A program made the position numbers and the translations under genes. A stretch of 60,282 bases of DNA from Burkholderiales bacterium (GTDB lineage Bacteria > Pseudomonadota > Gammaproteobacteria > Burkholderiales > Usitatibacteraceae). Shown here piece after piece: positions 1 through 8,994 of the stretch. How positions within the stretch are numbered: position 1 is the first letter of the stretch; every line of letters begins with the position of its first letter. The stretch spans positions 1 to 60,282 of the forward strand of contig JANMHV010000458.1 in assembly GCA_031375445.1 (NCBI GenBank), read 5' to 3'. The notes beneath the pieces were generated by a model. It ran no database searches and was not told the DNA's origin. It worked only from the letters and a program-made list of their open reading frames with translations.

Positions 1-169
1 GCCGCTGCGCGAGCACGCGGCCGATCACGTCGGTGGCACCACCCGGCGGGTACGGCACGATCATCTTGATGGGCTTGGTCGGGTACTGGCCGAGCGCCGG
101 GATGGCGCCTCAGGCGAATGCGAGGAGGAATGCGCCGGCGAGGCGGCGCGACTGCAGGAACGAAATCAT
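1..169 (-). pseudogene. 5' part of a tripartite tricarboxylate transporter substrate-binding protein (Bug/TctC family) with an in-frame TGA at codon 20; runs off the window edge
   Basis: Manual translation from ATG 169: [55 protein letters not shown]. YPx[13 protein letters not shown] is the Bug N-terminal motif. TGA at 110-112 may be a sequencing error. Confidence 0.75.
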
Positions 170-200
170 GGTGTCTCCGGGGTTGTGAAGCGGTGTCTTG

Positions 201-1805
201 TTATTTCCTGGCCGGGCCATACAGGACCCGGCCGGGGCGCGCTGCCGTCATCTTGCCAGCCTCGTAGACGAGCTGGCCGTTGACGATCACGTGGGAAAAC
301 CCCACGGCGTACTGGTGGGGCTGGTCATAGGTCGCGGGATCGCGCACCTCGGCCGGGTCGAACACGGCGATGTCGGCCTTCATGCCAGGGCGCAACACGC
401 CGCGGTCGGTGATGCCGATGCGCTGAGCGGGGTACGAGCTCATCTTGCGCACGGCATCCTCGAGCGAGATCGCCTTCTTCTCGCGAACGTACACGTTGAG
501 CACGCGCGCGAAGGTGCCGTAGCTGCGCGGGTGGGGCGAGCCGCGCTCGAAGATCGGGACCTCGCCGTCGGAAGCGATCATCGCCGCCGGGTGGGCCACG
601 ATGCGCGCCACGTCGGCCTCGTCCATCGTGTGGTAGATCGCCCTGCACATGCCCTTTGCATTCAAGTCCACCACGGTCTCGGCTGCGCTTTCGAGCGTCA
701 CCTCCACGCCGCGCTCGCGCGTGATCTGCGCGATGTTCCTGCCCGCCAGCGCGGCATCGAACGAGCAGCTGGAGATGCGCACGTTGCGCGGGTCTCCGCC
801 ACCGCGCTCGTCGCGCATCGCGCGCGCGATCTCGTCGATGATGCGCGGGCGCAGCGCGGGATCCAGCAGCCGCTCGCGCATCTTCGAGCGCCCGCCCTCG
901 CGCACCCAGGCCGGCACCAGGCCGCCGTCGAGCGAGGTGGCCGAGGCATCGTAAGGATAGACATCCAGCGTCACGTCGACGCCGCGCGCGCGGGCCGCGT
1001 CGATCATTGCCAGCGTCTCGACGCTGCGGCCCCAGTTGGGCCTGCCCGCCGCCTTGTGGTGCGACACGTGGGTCGGCAGGCCCGCCTGCTCGCCCACGGC
1101 GATGGTCTCGGCGACACTCTTCACCACTCCCGCGCCCTCGTCGCGCATGTGGGAGTTGTGCATGCCGCCATGGCGGGCCACGACTTTCGCCAGCGCCACC
1201 ACTTCCGGCAGCGTGGACCACACCGCCGGCGTGTAGAAAAGGCCGGTGCTCATGCCGAAGGCGCCGTCGCGCATGCCTTCCTCCACCAGTACCCGCATGC
1301 GCTCGACCTCCTCGTCCGTGGCGGCACGATCGACGTAGCCCATCGCCTTCACGCGCACCGAGCCGTGCCCCACGAAGCTGCCGATGTTGATCGAGCGGGG
1401 CGTCGCCTCCAGCTTGTCGAGGAAGGGCTTCAGCGGCACCGGCGAGAACCCGTCGGGGCCCTCGAGGATCGTGGTCACGCCCTGGCGGATGTAGTTGTCC
1501 GCGGTCGGCACTTCGTGGATGCCGCGGATGGCGTGGGTGTGGAGGTCCACGAAGCCCGGGGCGATCACCTGGTCCTTCACGTCGATCACCCGCGCGGCGC
1601 TGCCCTCGATGCGCGGCGCGATGCGCTCGATGGTGTCGCCGCGGATGGCGACGTCGGCGCGGAACCAGGCGCTGCCGGTGCCGTCGACGATGCGGCCGTT
1701 GCGCAGGATGAGGTCGTAGGGAGCGGCGCTCTCCCGGGGCGGGAGAGGAGCCTGCGCCGCGGCAAGCGTGCACGCGAACGCCGCGACCGCAAGCGCGAGC
1801 CTCAC
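201..1805 (-). CDS. N-acyl-D-amino-acid deacylase (D-aminoacylase) family amidohydrolase with signal peptide
   Basis: YDLILRNGRIVDGTG, APGFVDLHTH, HPRSYGTFARVL and G.KADIAVFDP motifs. GTG start at 1805 overlaps the upstream TGA and precedes a hydrophobic signal peptide. Confidence 0.88.
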   Translation of the reverse strand: MRLALAVAAFACTLAAAQAPLPPRESAAPYDLILRNGRIVDGTGSAWFRADVAIRGDTIERIAPRIEGSAARVIDVKDQVIAPGFVDLHTHAIRGIHEVPTADNYIRQGVTTILEGPDGFSPVPLKPFLDKLEATPRSINIGSFVGHGSVRVKAMGYVDRAATDEEVERMRVLVEEGMRDGAFGMSTGLFYTPAVWSTLPEVVALAKVVARHGGMHNSHMRDEGAGVVKSVAETIAVGEQAGLPTHVSHHKAAGRPNWGRSVETLAMIDAARARGVDVTLDVYPYDASATSLDGGLVPAWVREGGRSKMRERLLDPALRPRIIDEIARAMRDERGGGDPRNVRISSCSFDAALAGRNIAQITRERGVEVTLESAAETVVDLNAKGMCRAIYHTMDEADVARIVAHPAAMIASDGEVPIFERGSPHPRSYGTFARVLNVYVREKKAISLEDAVRKMSSYPAQRIGITDRGVLRPGMKADIAVFDPAEVRDPATYDQPHQYAVGFSHVIVNGQLVYEAGKMTAARPGRVLYGPARK

Positions 1806-1939
1806 AGCCCCAGCTCGGAGAGCCCCGGGTGATCGTCGGGGCGCCGCCCCAACGGCCAGTCCTCCGCCGCGCGCGCCTTCTGCGCGGCCGTCTCGCGTGT
1901 GAAGGGTGGCAGCGGCGGGCGCGGCGACTCCGCGCTCAA
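1802..1939 (-). pseudogene. Internally deleted DUF1348 (NTF2-like) gene remnant, 45-aa open frame
   Basis: (L/M)SAESPRPPLPPFTRETAAQKARAAED|WPLGRRPDDHPGLSELGL joins the family's characteristic N- and C-termini. TTGA and GTGA overlaps with both neighbours. Confidence 0.8.
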
Positions 1940-2781
1940 GCCTCGGCCATTTCGGTCTGCATCGCGGAAGCGGGTGTTCCATCCTTCCACGGCAGCTCGA
2001 CGGGGTATGGCTTCAGCAGGCAGTCGTCCGGGAGGGTCGCGATCGGCGTGAAGACGCGGTGCGCGATGTATTCCGGGCGCTTGAAGCGACGGATATGGTT
2101 CGAAACCGCGCATAGCGACAGGTACACAGCGACGCGATTCCAAGGCGACAGGTTCGAGGTCGACGCGTGCACGAGGCAGCCGTGGAAGAGGATCATCGAG
2201 CCCGCCGGACCCTTGGGTGCCACGATGCCGCCCTTGTCGACCAGCTGGCGGATCGCATCGTTGTCGATGGTCCACAACGGATAGCTCGTCGTGCTCGTGT
2301 CATGGCCCGCGGGCAGCGCGCCCTGCTTGTGGCTGCCCGGGATGAACATCAGCGGCCCGTTGAACTCGTTCACCTCGTCCAGGAAGATCGCGATGTTCAT
2401 CGCGCGCGCCGCGGGCATGAGGTCGTCGTTCATCCAGGTGCCGTAGTCCTGGTGCCACTGCCAGACGTCGCCGCTGAAGGCCGCCTTGCCGTTGAGCTTG
2501 AACTGGTGCATGTACACGTCCTCGCCGAACATCTGCACCACCGGATCGATCATGCGCGGGTGGCGGGCGAGGCGCGCGAACGGCTCGCTGTACATGTGGG
2601 CGGCGAAATTGGTCCGGACCGCGTCGCGGCCCTTCTCGCGCACGTTCTCGGGCCGCTGCATCGCGTAGAGGCGCGGCACCTCGTCGGTGAGGGTGCGGAT
2701 CTCTTCCGGGGTGAAATGGCTGGGGAAAAAGAGGTAGCCGTCACGGTCGAATTGCGCGATCTGCTCGGGGGAGAGCTTCAT
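1936..2781 (-). CDS. Fe(II)/2-oxoglutarate dioxygenase, PhyH family (proline 4-hydroxylase/EctD-like)
   Basis: HQFKLNGK, WQWHQDY (HxD), NGPLMFIPGSH, distal His in LVHAS..N.SPWNR. Confidence 0.88.
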   Translation of the reverse strand: MKLSPEQIAQFDRDGYLFFPSHFTPEEIRTLTDEVPRLYAMQRPENVREKGRDAVRTNFAAHMYSEPFARLARHPRMIDPVVQMFGEDVYMHQFKLNGKAAFSGDVWQWHQDYGTWMNDDLMPAARAMNIAIFLDEVNEFNGPLMFIPGSHKQGALPAGHDTSTTSYPLWTIDNDAIRQLVDKGGIVAPKGPAGSMILFHGCLVHASTSNLSPWNRVAVYLSLCAVSNHIRRFKRPEYIAHRVFTPIATLPDDCLLKPYPVELPWKDGTPASAMQTEMAEA

Positions 2782-2827
2782 GGGGATTCCTCCTCGGGGG
2801 AACCTGCCTATTCTGAACCGAATCGGC

Positions 2828-3286
2828 TCAGTCCAGCATCTCCGGGTTCATCACCGCCTTCAATACCGTTTCGGCCTTGCCCTCGCGCAGTCGCGTCGCG
2901 AACCACCACGCCGCTCCCTTGCGGACGGCCACATCCCCCACCCCCCCGCCCATCAGCCGCGCCGCCACCCGGCCCAGGGTGGGTTGGTGTCCGACCACCA
3001 GCACGCGCTCGGCGTCGGGCCAGCCCGCAGCGTGCAGCAGTCGCCCCTCGTCGGAGCCGGTGCCCACCTCCGGCGTGACCTGCCCCTCGAGGCCCAGGGC
3101 TTCGAGGGTCTGGCGCGCGCGCACCGCCGGGGAGACCAGCACGCGCCAGTCGCCTTCGAGGCGCGGGAGGAGCCACGCCGACATGCGCTCGGCCTGACGC
3201 AGGCCCTTGCGGGTCAGGGTTCGCTGGGCGTCGTCGATGCCGATGCCGTCTTCAGCATCGGCGTGGCGCCAGAGGATGAGGTCCAT
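2828..3286 (-). CDS. sixA: SixA-like phosphohistidine phosphatase
   Basis: MDLILWRHADAED, SPAVRARQT, VVGHQP; last 152 aa of the long ORF 2828..6271. Confidence 0.85.
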   Translation of the reverse strand: MDLILWRHADAEDGIGIDDAQRTLTRKGLRQAERMSAWLLPRLEGDWRVLVSPAVRARQTLEALGLEGQVTPEVGTGSDEGRLLHAAGWPDAERVLVVGHQPTLGRVAARLMGGGVGDVAVRKGAAWWFATRLREGKAETVLKAVMNPEMLD

Positions 3287-3347
3287 GGCGGAATCGGGGG
3301 GCATGACGGTTGGACCGTAGTTTGCGCCGTCGGTGCCCTGGAAGGCC

Positions 3348-3487
3348 TTGCGCCCGGGCGAGGGCCGCGGTCCTTGATCGAGCCGGCCGTGCTCACCAGC
3401 GGAGGGCGGGATGAGGTAGCTATTCGGGCGGCGATCCCGCGGGCATCTGTCGACGGCCTCTCGATCAAGGACCGCAAGGCCCTTCCC
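3348..3487 (+). repeat. Structured ~140-nt element, copy 1 (candidate ncRNA or ssDNA hairpin)
   Basis: Perfect 16-bp stem 3367-3382/3460-3475 plus flanking and inner helices; alignable end to end with the reverse complement of 3529-3671. Confidence 0.75.
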
Positions 3488-3528
3488 GAGCTTCCTCCGC
3501 CCATGTCGACCGTCACTGCTTCGTAAAG

Positions 3529-3671
3529 GGGAGTGGCCTTGGCGGACCTGATCGAAAGGCCGCTGACGGTCGCTCGCAGGATCGATAGCCAAATGACCTG
3601 ATCCTTTCCCGCCCACCGCTGGTTCGTAGCGGCCGACTCGATCAGGTCCGCCGGCCTCCGCCCGGGCGCAA
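3529..3671 (-). repeat. Structured ~140-nt element, copy 2 (inverted relative to copy 1)
   Basis: Perfect 15-bp stem 3541-3555/3638-3652; shares TTGCGCCCGGGCG, TGATCGAG, ACCAGCGGnGGGCGGGA and AAGGCC with copy 1. Confidence 0.75.
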
Positions 3672-3684
3672 AACAAACGGGTTA

Positions 3685-4611
3685 CTACTCCGGCCCCGCC
3701 TCCGGGAGCGACCGCGGGTTCCGCGCCGTGAGCGCAATCCCCGCCAGGATCAACCCGATCCCCACCAGGTGATACGCGTAGATCCGCTCGTCGAGGAACA
3801 GCCACGCGAGCAGGCTCCCGAACGCGGGCATGAGGTGCACGAAGATCCCGGCGCGGTTGGAACCCACCTCCGCCACCCCGCGATTCCAGAAGATGTAGCC
3901 CACGAACGAGGGAAAGATCCCGACGTAGAGCATCGCGCCGATCGTGGCCGGCGTGATCGCGACGCGCCCCTCGAAGAACAGCATCTCGATCACGAAGAGC
4001 GGCAGCAGCAGGCAGAGCCCGACGACGCCGCAGCAGGTGAGCATCGCGAGGCCGGGTATCCCGGCGGGCTTCAAACGCAGGAACACCGTATAGGCGGCCC
4101 AGAAGATCATCCCCACCAGCAGGATGAGATCCCCGCGGTTGAGCGAAAGGGTCGCCAGCACCGCCGGGTCGCCGCGCAACAGGATCGTGAACACTCCCGC
4201 CACGGAGATCGCGACTCCCACCGCCTGCAGCCGCGTGATGGTGTCGCGGTAGATGGCCCACCCCAGCAAGATGATGAGCACCGGGATGGCGCTGTTCAGC
4301 ATCACGCCGTTGGTCGCGGTGGTGTACTGCAACCCCACGTACGAGAAGGCGTTGTGGAGCCCCGTGCCCCAGAAACCCAGCCACGCGATGCGTTTCGCAT
4401 TGGCGCGGATCGCAGCGCGGTGCGCGCGGATCTGCGGCCATGCGAAGGGCAGCATCACGGCCACCGCCACCAACCAGCGGAAGAAGGTGAGCGCCAGGGG
4501 AGAGACGATCCCGACCAGCGCTTTTCCGATCACCCAGTTGATCGACCAGAAGAGCGAGGTGAGCGTGAGGAGCAGGTACGGCGAGGGGTGGAACGGGACG
4601 CGGCTCGTCAT
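3685..4611 (-). CDS. DMT/EamA family transporter
   Basis: About 10 TM segments in two EamA repeats; GLQYTTATN and GVAEVGSNRAG motifs. Confidence 0.9.
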   Translation of the reverse strand: MTSRVPFHPSPYLLLTLTSLFWSINWVIGKALVGIVSPLALTFFRWLVAVAVMLPFAWPQIRAHRAAIRANAKRIAWLGFWGTGLHNAFSYVGLQYTTATNGVMLNSAIPVLIILLGWAIYRDTITRLQAVGVAISVAGVFTILLRGDPAVLATLSLNRGDLILLVGMIFWAAYTVFLRLKPAGIPGLAMLTCCGVVGLCLLLPLFVIEMLFFEGRVAITPATIGAMLYVGIFPSFVGYIFWNRGVAEVGSNRAGIFVHLMPAFGSLLAWLFLDERIYAYHLVGIGLILAGIALTARNPRSLPEAGPE

Positions 4612-4648
4612 CGGGTGATACTCTCATATCCGAAAAATCGGCCTGTCG

Positions 4649-6289
4649 ATGAGCGGCGAGAACCTCGGAATCCCGGAAGAAGCGAAAGCGCCCCGCGCCT
4701 CGGCCTGGGAGCCGCTTCGCGATCCCACGTTCCGGATGCTCTGGTTCGTCTGGGTCGCCGCCAACATCTCGATGTGGATGAACGACGTGGCCGCCGCCTG
4801 GCGCATGACGTCCCTCACCACCTCCCCCACGCTGATCGCGATGGTGCAGACGGCCTCCGCGCTGCCGGTGTTCCTGCTGGGGCTGCCGAGCGGCGCGTTG
4901 GCGGACATCGTCGACCGGCGCCGCTACTTCATCATCACGCAGGTGTGGCTCGCAGCCAACGCGGCGCTGCTGTACGTGGCCTCGCTCATGGGCTGGCTGA
5001 CCGCCTCCATCCTGCTGCTGCTGGTGGGGCTGAACGGCGTAGGGCTCGCGATGCGCTGGCCGGTGTTCGCCGCGATCATCCCGGAAGTGGTGCCGCGCGC
5101 GCAGCTGCCCACGGCCCTCGCATTGAACGGCGTGGCGATGAACATCTCCCGCGTCGTGGGGCCGCTGCTGGCCGGCGTCATCATCTCCACCGCCGGCAGC
5201 GAATGGGTGTTCGCGCTCAACTTTGTACTCTCGGTGATGGCGGCCGGGGTGCTGTTGCGCTGGAAGCGCGAGAGCAAGCCCTCGGTGCTGCCGGGCGAGC
5301 GCTTCATCGGCGCGATGCGCCTGGGGTGGCAGTACGTGCGCGAGTCGCAGCGGATGCGGCACGCGATCACCCGTACCACCGCGTTCTTCTTCCACTCCAC
5401 GGCCCTGATCGCGCTGCTTCCCCTGGTGGCGAAATCGATGCACGGCACCGGCGACGTCGATGGCGCCCGGACCTACACGATCCTCCTGGCCGCTCTCGGC
5501 GCCGGCGCGGTCTTCGGCGTGACGCAACTCCCGCGCCTGCGACCGCGTTGGAACCGCAGCCGCCTCGCCGCCGGCGGCACCGTCGTGCAGGCGTTGACCA
5601 CCATCGCGGTGGTGTTCTCGCCGAACGTCCTGGTGGCGGCACCCGCGATGTTCGTGGGCGGCATCGCCTGGATCTTCGTCGCCAACTCGGTCACCACGGC
5701 GGCGCAACTGGCACTGCCGAACTGGGTGCGGGCGCGCGGGATGTCGATCTACCAGATGGCGATCATGGGCAGCACGGCACTCGGCGCCTTCGCCTGGGGG
5801 AAGCTCGCCGCGACCATCGGGGTGCCGTTGAGCATCACCATCTCCGCGGCGAGCACGCTGGTGGCGCTCGCCCTCACCTATCGCCTGCCGCTCGAAGGTC
5901 CGGGCGACGAGGACCTCACGCCCACGCACCCGTGGCAGGAGCCGGTGCCCGCCATCCCGCTGCAGCCCGAGGAAGGCCCGGTGATGTGCACCATCGAGTA
6001 CCTGATCGACCCGGCGCGCGGCAAGGAATTCGAGGCGATGATGTCCGCTAGCCGCGGCATTCGACTCCGCCACGGCGCCGTTTCCTGGGGACTCTTCGAG
6101 GACGTGCAGACGCCGGGGCGCTTCGTCGAGTATTTCGCCTGCGACACCTGGGCCGATTATCTTCGGCGCTTCGACCGCTTCACCGTCTCCGACGAGGCGA
6201 ACCAGGCGGCGCGATACGCGTTCCACGTCGGGACCGAGCCGCCTCGAATCGCGCGCTTCATAGCGCGCCATCCGGGGGCGTTGGGCTAA
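4649..6289 (+). CDS. MFS transporter (MFS_3/DUF894 type) with C-terminal soluble domain
   Basis: GALADIVDRRR motif A, 12 TM segments, C-terminal EGPV..TIEY.ID...RLRHGA.SW domain. Confidence 0.88.
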   Translation: MSGENLGIPEEAKAPRASAWEPLRDPTFRMLWFVWVAANISMWMNDVAAAWRMTSLTTSPTLIAMVQTASALPVFLLGLPSGALADIVDRRRYFIITQVWLAANAALLYVASLMGWLTASILLLLVGLNGVGLAMRWPVFAAIIPEVVPRAQLPTALALNGVAMNISRVVGPLLAGVIISTAGSEWVFALNFVLSVMAAGVLLRWKRESKPSVLPGERFIGAMRLGWQYVRESQRMRHAITRTTAFFFHSTALIALLPLVAKSMHGTGDVDGARTYTILLAALGAGAVFGVTQLPRLRPRWNRSRLAAGGTVVQALTTIAVVFSPNVLVAAPAMFVGGIAWIFVANSVTTAAQLALPNWVRARGMSIYQMAIMGSTALGAFAWGKLAATIGVPLSITISAASTLVALALTYRLPLEGPGDEDLTPTHPWQEPVPAIPLQPEEGPVMCTIEYLIDPARGKEFEAMMSASRGIRLRHGAVSWGLFEDVQTPGRFVEYFACDTWADYLRRFDRFTVSDEANQAARYAFHVGTEPPRIARFIARHPGALG

Positions 6290-6295
6290 GGCCCC

Positions 6296-8785
6296 CTAGC
6301 CGAGCGCGCGGATCGTCGCGAGCGGCGGGGAATTCACCGCCTTGCGCGTGCCGATGAGCCCCGCCACCGCGACCCCCAGGCCACCGATGGCGAGCCCGAG
6401 GGTCGGCAGCAGCCAGTGGAACTCGTAGGGAATGCCGAGCACGCGGTCGGAGAGCACCATCGCGAGCCCCACGGCGCCCGCCGCGGCGACGGTGCCCGAA
6501 AGCAGTCCGATCGCGAGGAACTCCGCCAACTGCAAGGTGGCGAGCTGGCGGCGGCTGGCACCCAGCGTGCGCAGGATGGCCCCTTCGAAGACGCGCTCGT
6601 CCTGGGTGGAGCTGATCGCGGCGAACAGCACCACCAGCCCCGCGGCGATGGCGAACAGGAATACGAACTCCACCGCCCGCGACACCTGGTCGGTGATGCG
6701 CTGGAACTGCGCGATGATGGCCGAGAGGTCGATCACGCTCACGTTCGGGAATTTCCGCACCAGGTTCGCCACCACGTCCTCGCGCCCCGAGGGCAGGCGG
6801 AAGCTCGTGATCCAGCTTGCCGGATAGTCCTTCAGCACCGCCGGGGTCGAGATCACGAAGAAGTTGGGCTTGAACGAATCCCAGTCCACCTTGCGCAGGC
6901 TGGTCACCTTTGCCGGGAAGGGCGTGCCGCCGACTTCGAAGGTGATGGTGTCGCCGACCACGATGCCGAGCGCCTTGGCGATGCCCTCCTCCACCGAGTA
7001 TTGGCCGTCGGCGACCCCCGGCTCCCAGAACTTGCCGGCCACGACCACGTTGTCGGGCCGCACGCGCTCGCTCCACGACAGGTTGAACTCACGCTCGGCG
7101 AGCCGCCGTGCGCGCTGATCCTCGTAGGCGGCGGGGGCGACCGCCTTGTCGTTGATCTTCGTGAGGCGGCCGCGAATCATCGGGTAGAGGTCCGGCGTGG
7201 TGAGCCCGATGGCGCCGAAATGCGATTTCACCTCGGCCAGCTGGTCGTCCTGGATATTGATCGCGAAGCGGTTCGGCATGTCCGCCGGCAGCGACTGTTG
7301 CCACTTGGCGATCAGGTCGGTGCGCACCAGGGTCAACATCAGCATCGCCATCAACCCGAGGCCCAGCGCCATGATCTGCACCAGGCTCGCCCAGGTGCGG
7401 CGGCGCAGGTTGGCAAGGCCATAGCGCCACGGGCCGGAAGCTACGCCGCGCAGGCGCGACACGATGCGGATCAGCGCGTAACCCGCAACCGCCGCCACGG
7501 CGAGCGCCGCGGCGAAGCCGCCGACGGCGATGGCGCCCATCTTGAGGTCGCCCGCCTGCCAGACGATGAGGCTCGCGAGCGCCGCCATGCCAAGCACGAA
7601 GGCAGCGGTGCTGACCGGCTCCGCGGCCGCCATGTCCCGGCGCAACACCCGCAGCGTCGATACCTGGCGCAGCCTGAGCAGCGGGGGCAGCGTGAATCCC
7701 AGCAGCAGCACGAAGCCGATCACGGCGCCCCGCAGGGCCGGCAGCGGCCCCGGCAACGGCAGCTCGACGGTGAAGAACGCGGTGAGCCAGCGCGCCAGGA
7801 TCGCCTGGGCGCCGTAGCCCACGAGGCTTCCCGCCACGCATGCCACCATCCCGAGGACGATGAACTGCCACGCGTGCAGCGCGAAGATGCTCTGTTGGGA
7901 GGCGCCGAGGCAGCGCATCATCGCCGCCGCATCCACCTGGCGCTGGGAGAAGCGGCGCGCGGCGAGCGCCACCGCCACCGAGGCCAGGACCACGGACAGG
8001 AGCGAGGCAAGGCCCAGGAAGCGCTGGGCGCGGTCGAGCGCCGTGCGCACCTCGCTCCTCGCATCCCGCACGCCTTCGAGGCGCTGGCCGCGCTTCAGCA
8101 GCGGCTGGGATTCGGTGCGGAATCGCTGCACCGCCGCCTCCTCGCCGCTCACCAGGAGGCGGTGGGTGACGCGGCTGCCCAACTGGATCAAGCCGGTCGC
8201 GGCGAGGTCGGCCTCGTTCATCAGCACCCGCGGCGCGATGCCGAAGTAGTCGAGGACGCTGTCGGGCTCGCGGGTGATGATCTCGGCGACCACGAGCTTG
8301 GCGCGCCCCACCTGCAGCGTGTCGCCGACCTTCAGCGCGAGGCGCGCGGCGAGCGCCAGCGCGATCCACGTGGTGCCGGGCTTCGGGGCACCCGCCACCT
8401 CGCGCTCGGGGGCGCCGATGGCGTCGGCCACGCGCAGCTTGCCGCGCAGCGGGAAACCTTCGGAGACCGCCTTGATCTCGGCCAGGTTCACGCCCCCTTC
8501 GGCCGACACCATGCTCGGGAAGGTGCGCGTGCGCGCAAGGGTCAGGCCCGCGCCGCGCGCGGAGGCCTCGAAGGCAGGCGGGACCGGTTGGTCGGCAACA
8601 AGAACCAAATCGCCGCCGAGGAGCTCGTTGGCCTGCCGGTCGAGGGCCCCCTGCACGCGATCGGCGAAGAAGCCCACGGTGGTGACGCTCGCGACGGCGA
8701 TGAGGAGCCCCACCAGCAGCACGCGCAGCTCGCCCGCGGCCCAGTTGCGGCGCAGCATGCGCATCGCGAGCCTGAAGTTTTTCAT
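6296..8785 (-). CDS. ybbP: ABC transporter permease, YbbP-like (duplicated FtsX/MacB domains)
   Basis: 829 aa, GELRVL, LLGGDLVL, LRKVDWDSFKPNFF; co-oriented with the ybbA-like ATPase. Confidence 0.85.
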   Translation of the reverse strand: MKNFRLAMRMLRRNWAAGELRVLLVGLLIAVASVTTVGFFADRVQGALDRQANELLGGDLVLVADQPVPPAFEASARGAGLTLARTRTFPSMVSAEGGVNLAEIKAVSEGFPLRGKLRVADAIGAPEREVAGAPKPGTTWIALALAARLALKVGDTLQVGRAKLVVAEIITREPDSVLDYFGIAPRVLMNEADLAATGLIQLGSRVTHRLLVSGEEAAVQRFRTESQPLLKRGQRLEGVRDARSEVRTALDRAQRFLGLASLLSVVLASVAVALAARRFSQRQVDAAAMMRCLGASQQSIFALHAWQFIVLGMVACVAGSLVGYGAQAILARWLTAFFTVELPLPGPLPALRGAVIGFVLLLGFTLPPLLRLRQVSTLRVLRRDMAAAEPVSTAAFVLGMAALASLIVWQAGDLKMGAIAVGGFAAALAVAAVAGYALIRIVSRLRGVASGPWRYGLANLRRRTWASLVQIMALGLGLMAMLMLTLVRTDLIAKWQQSLPADMPNRFAINIQDDQLAEVKSHFGAIGLTTPDLYPMIRGRLTKINDKAVAPAAYEDQRARRLAEREFNLSWSERVRPDNVVVAGKFWEPGVADGQYSVEEGIAKALGIVVGDTITFEVGGTPFPAKVTSLRKVDWDSFKPNFFVISTPAVLKDYPASWITSFRLPSGREDVVANLVRKFPNVSVIDLSAIIAQFQRITDQVSRAVEFVFLFAIAAGLVVLFAAISSTQDERVFEGAILRTLGASRRQLATLQLAEFLAIGLLSGTVAAAGAVGLAMVLSDRVLGIPYEFHWLLPTLGLAIGGLGVAVAGLIGTRKAVNSPPLATIRALG

Positions 8786-8810
8786 GAGGTCACACTACGT
8801 CAACAGCTTC

Positions 8811-8968
8811 AACACGAAGGACACGAAGGTACACAAAGGTCCACAAAGGAAAACGGAACCGGTCGAGAGTACTGCTGCCACCATCGCGAACTCCCGGCAG
8901 TCTCACGAACCTCAAGCCGTCATTGCTTTCCTTTGTGGACCTTTGTGTACCTTCGTGTCCTTCGTGTT
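8811..8968. repeat. Long palindromic element A (42-bp perfect inverted arms, 74-nt spacer)
   Basis: 8811-8852 AACACGAAGGACACGAAGGTACACAAAGGTCCACAAAGGAAA is the exact reverse complement of 8927-8968. Confidence 0.95.
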
Positions 8969-8994
8969 TAACCCCACAGCCCGTACCCACGCGC

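Noticed and set aside
1936-2781. Ectoine hydroxylase ectD
   Set aside because: The signature differs from FxWHSDFETWH and no ect genes are adjacent.
3348-3671. SRP RNA, 6S RNA, tRNA, retron ncRNA or integron attC
   Set aside because: No SRP CAGG..GGAA..AGCA motif, cloverleaf or RYYYAAC/GTTRRRY ends, and no reverse transcriptase or integrase nearby. Judged by eye only; an Rfam search is still needed.
2828-6271. 1147-aa ORF and other long shadow ORFs (e.g. 6416-8971, 26938-30018, 56275-59130)
   Set aside because: Antisense or off-frame products of high GC content; only the terminal parts encoding SixA or the formyltransferase are credible.
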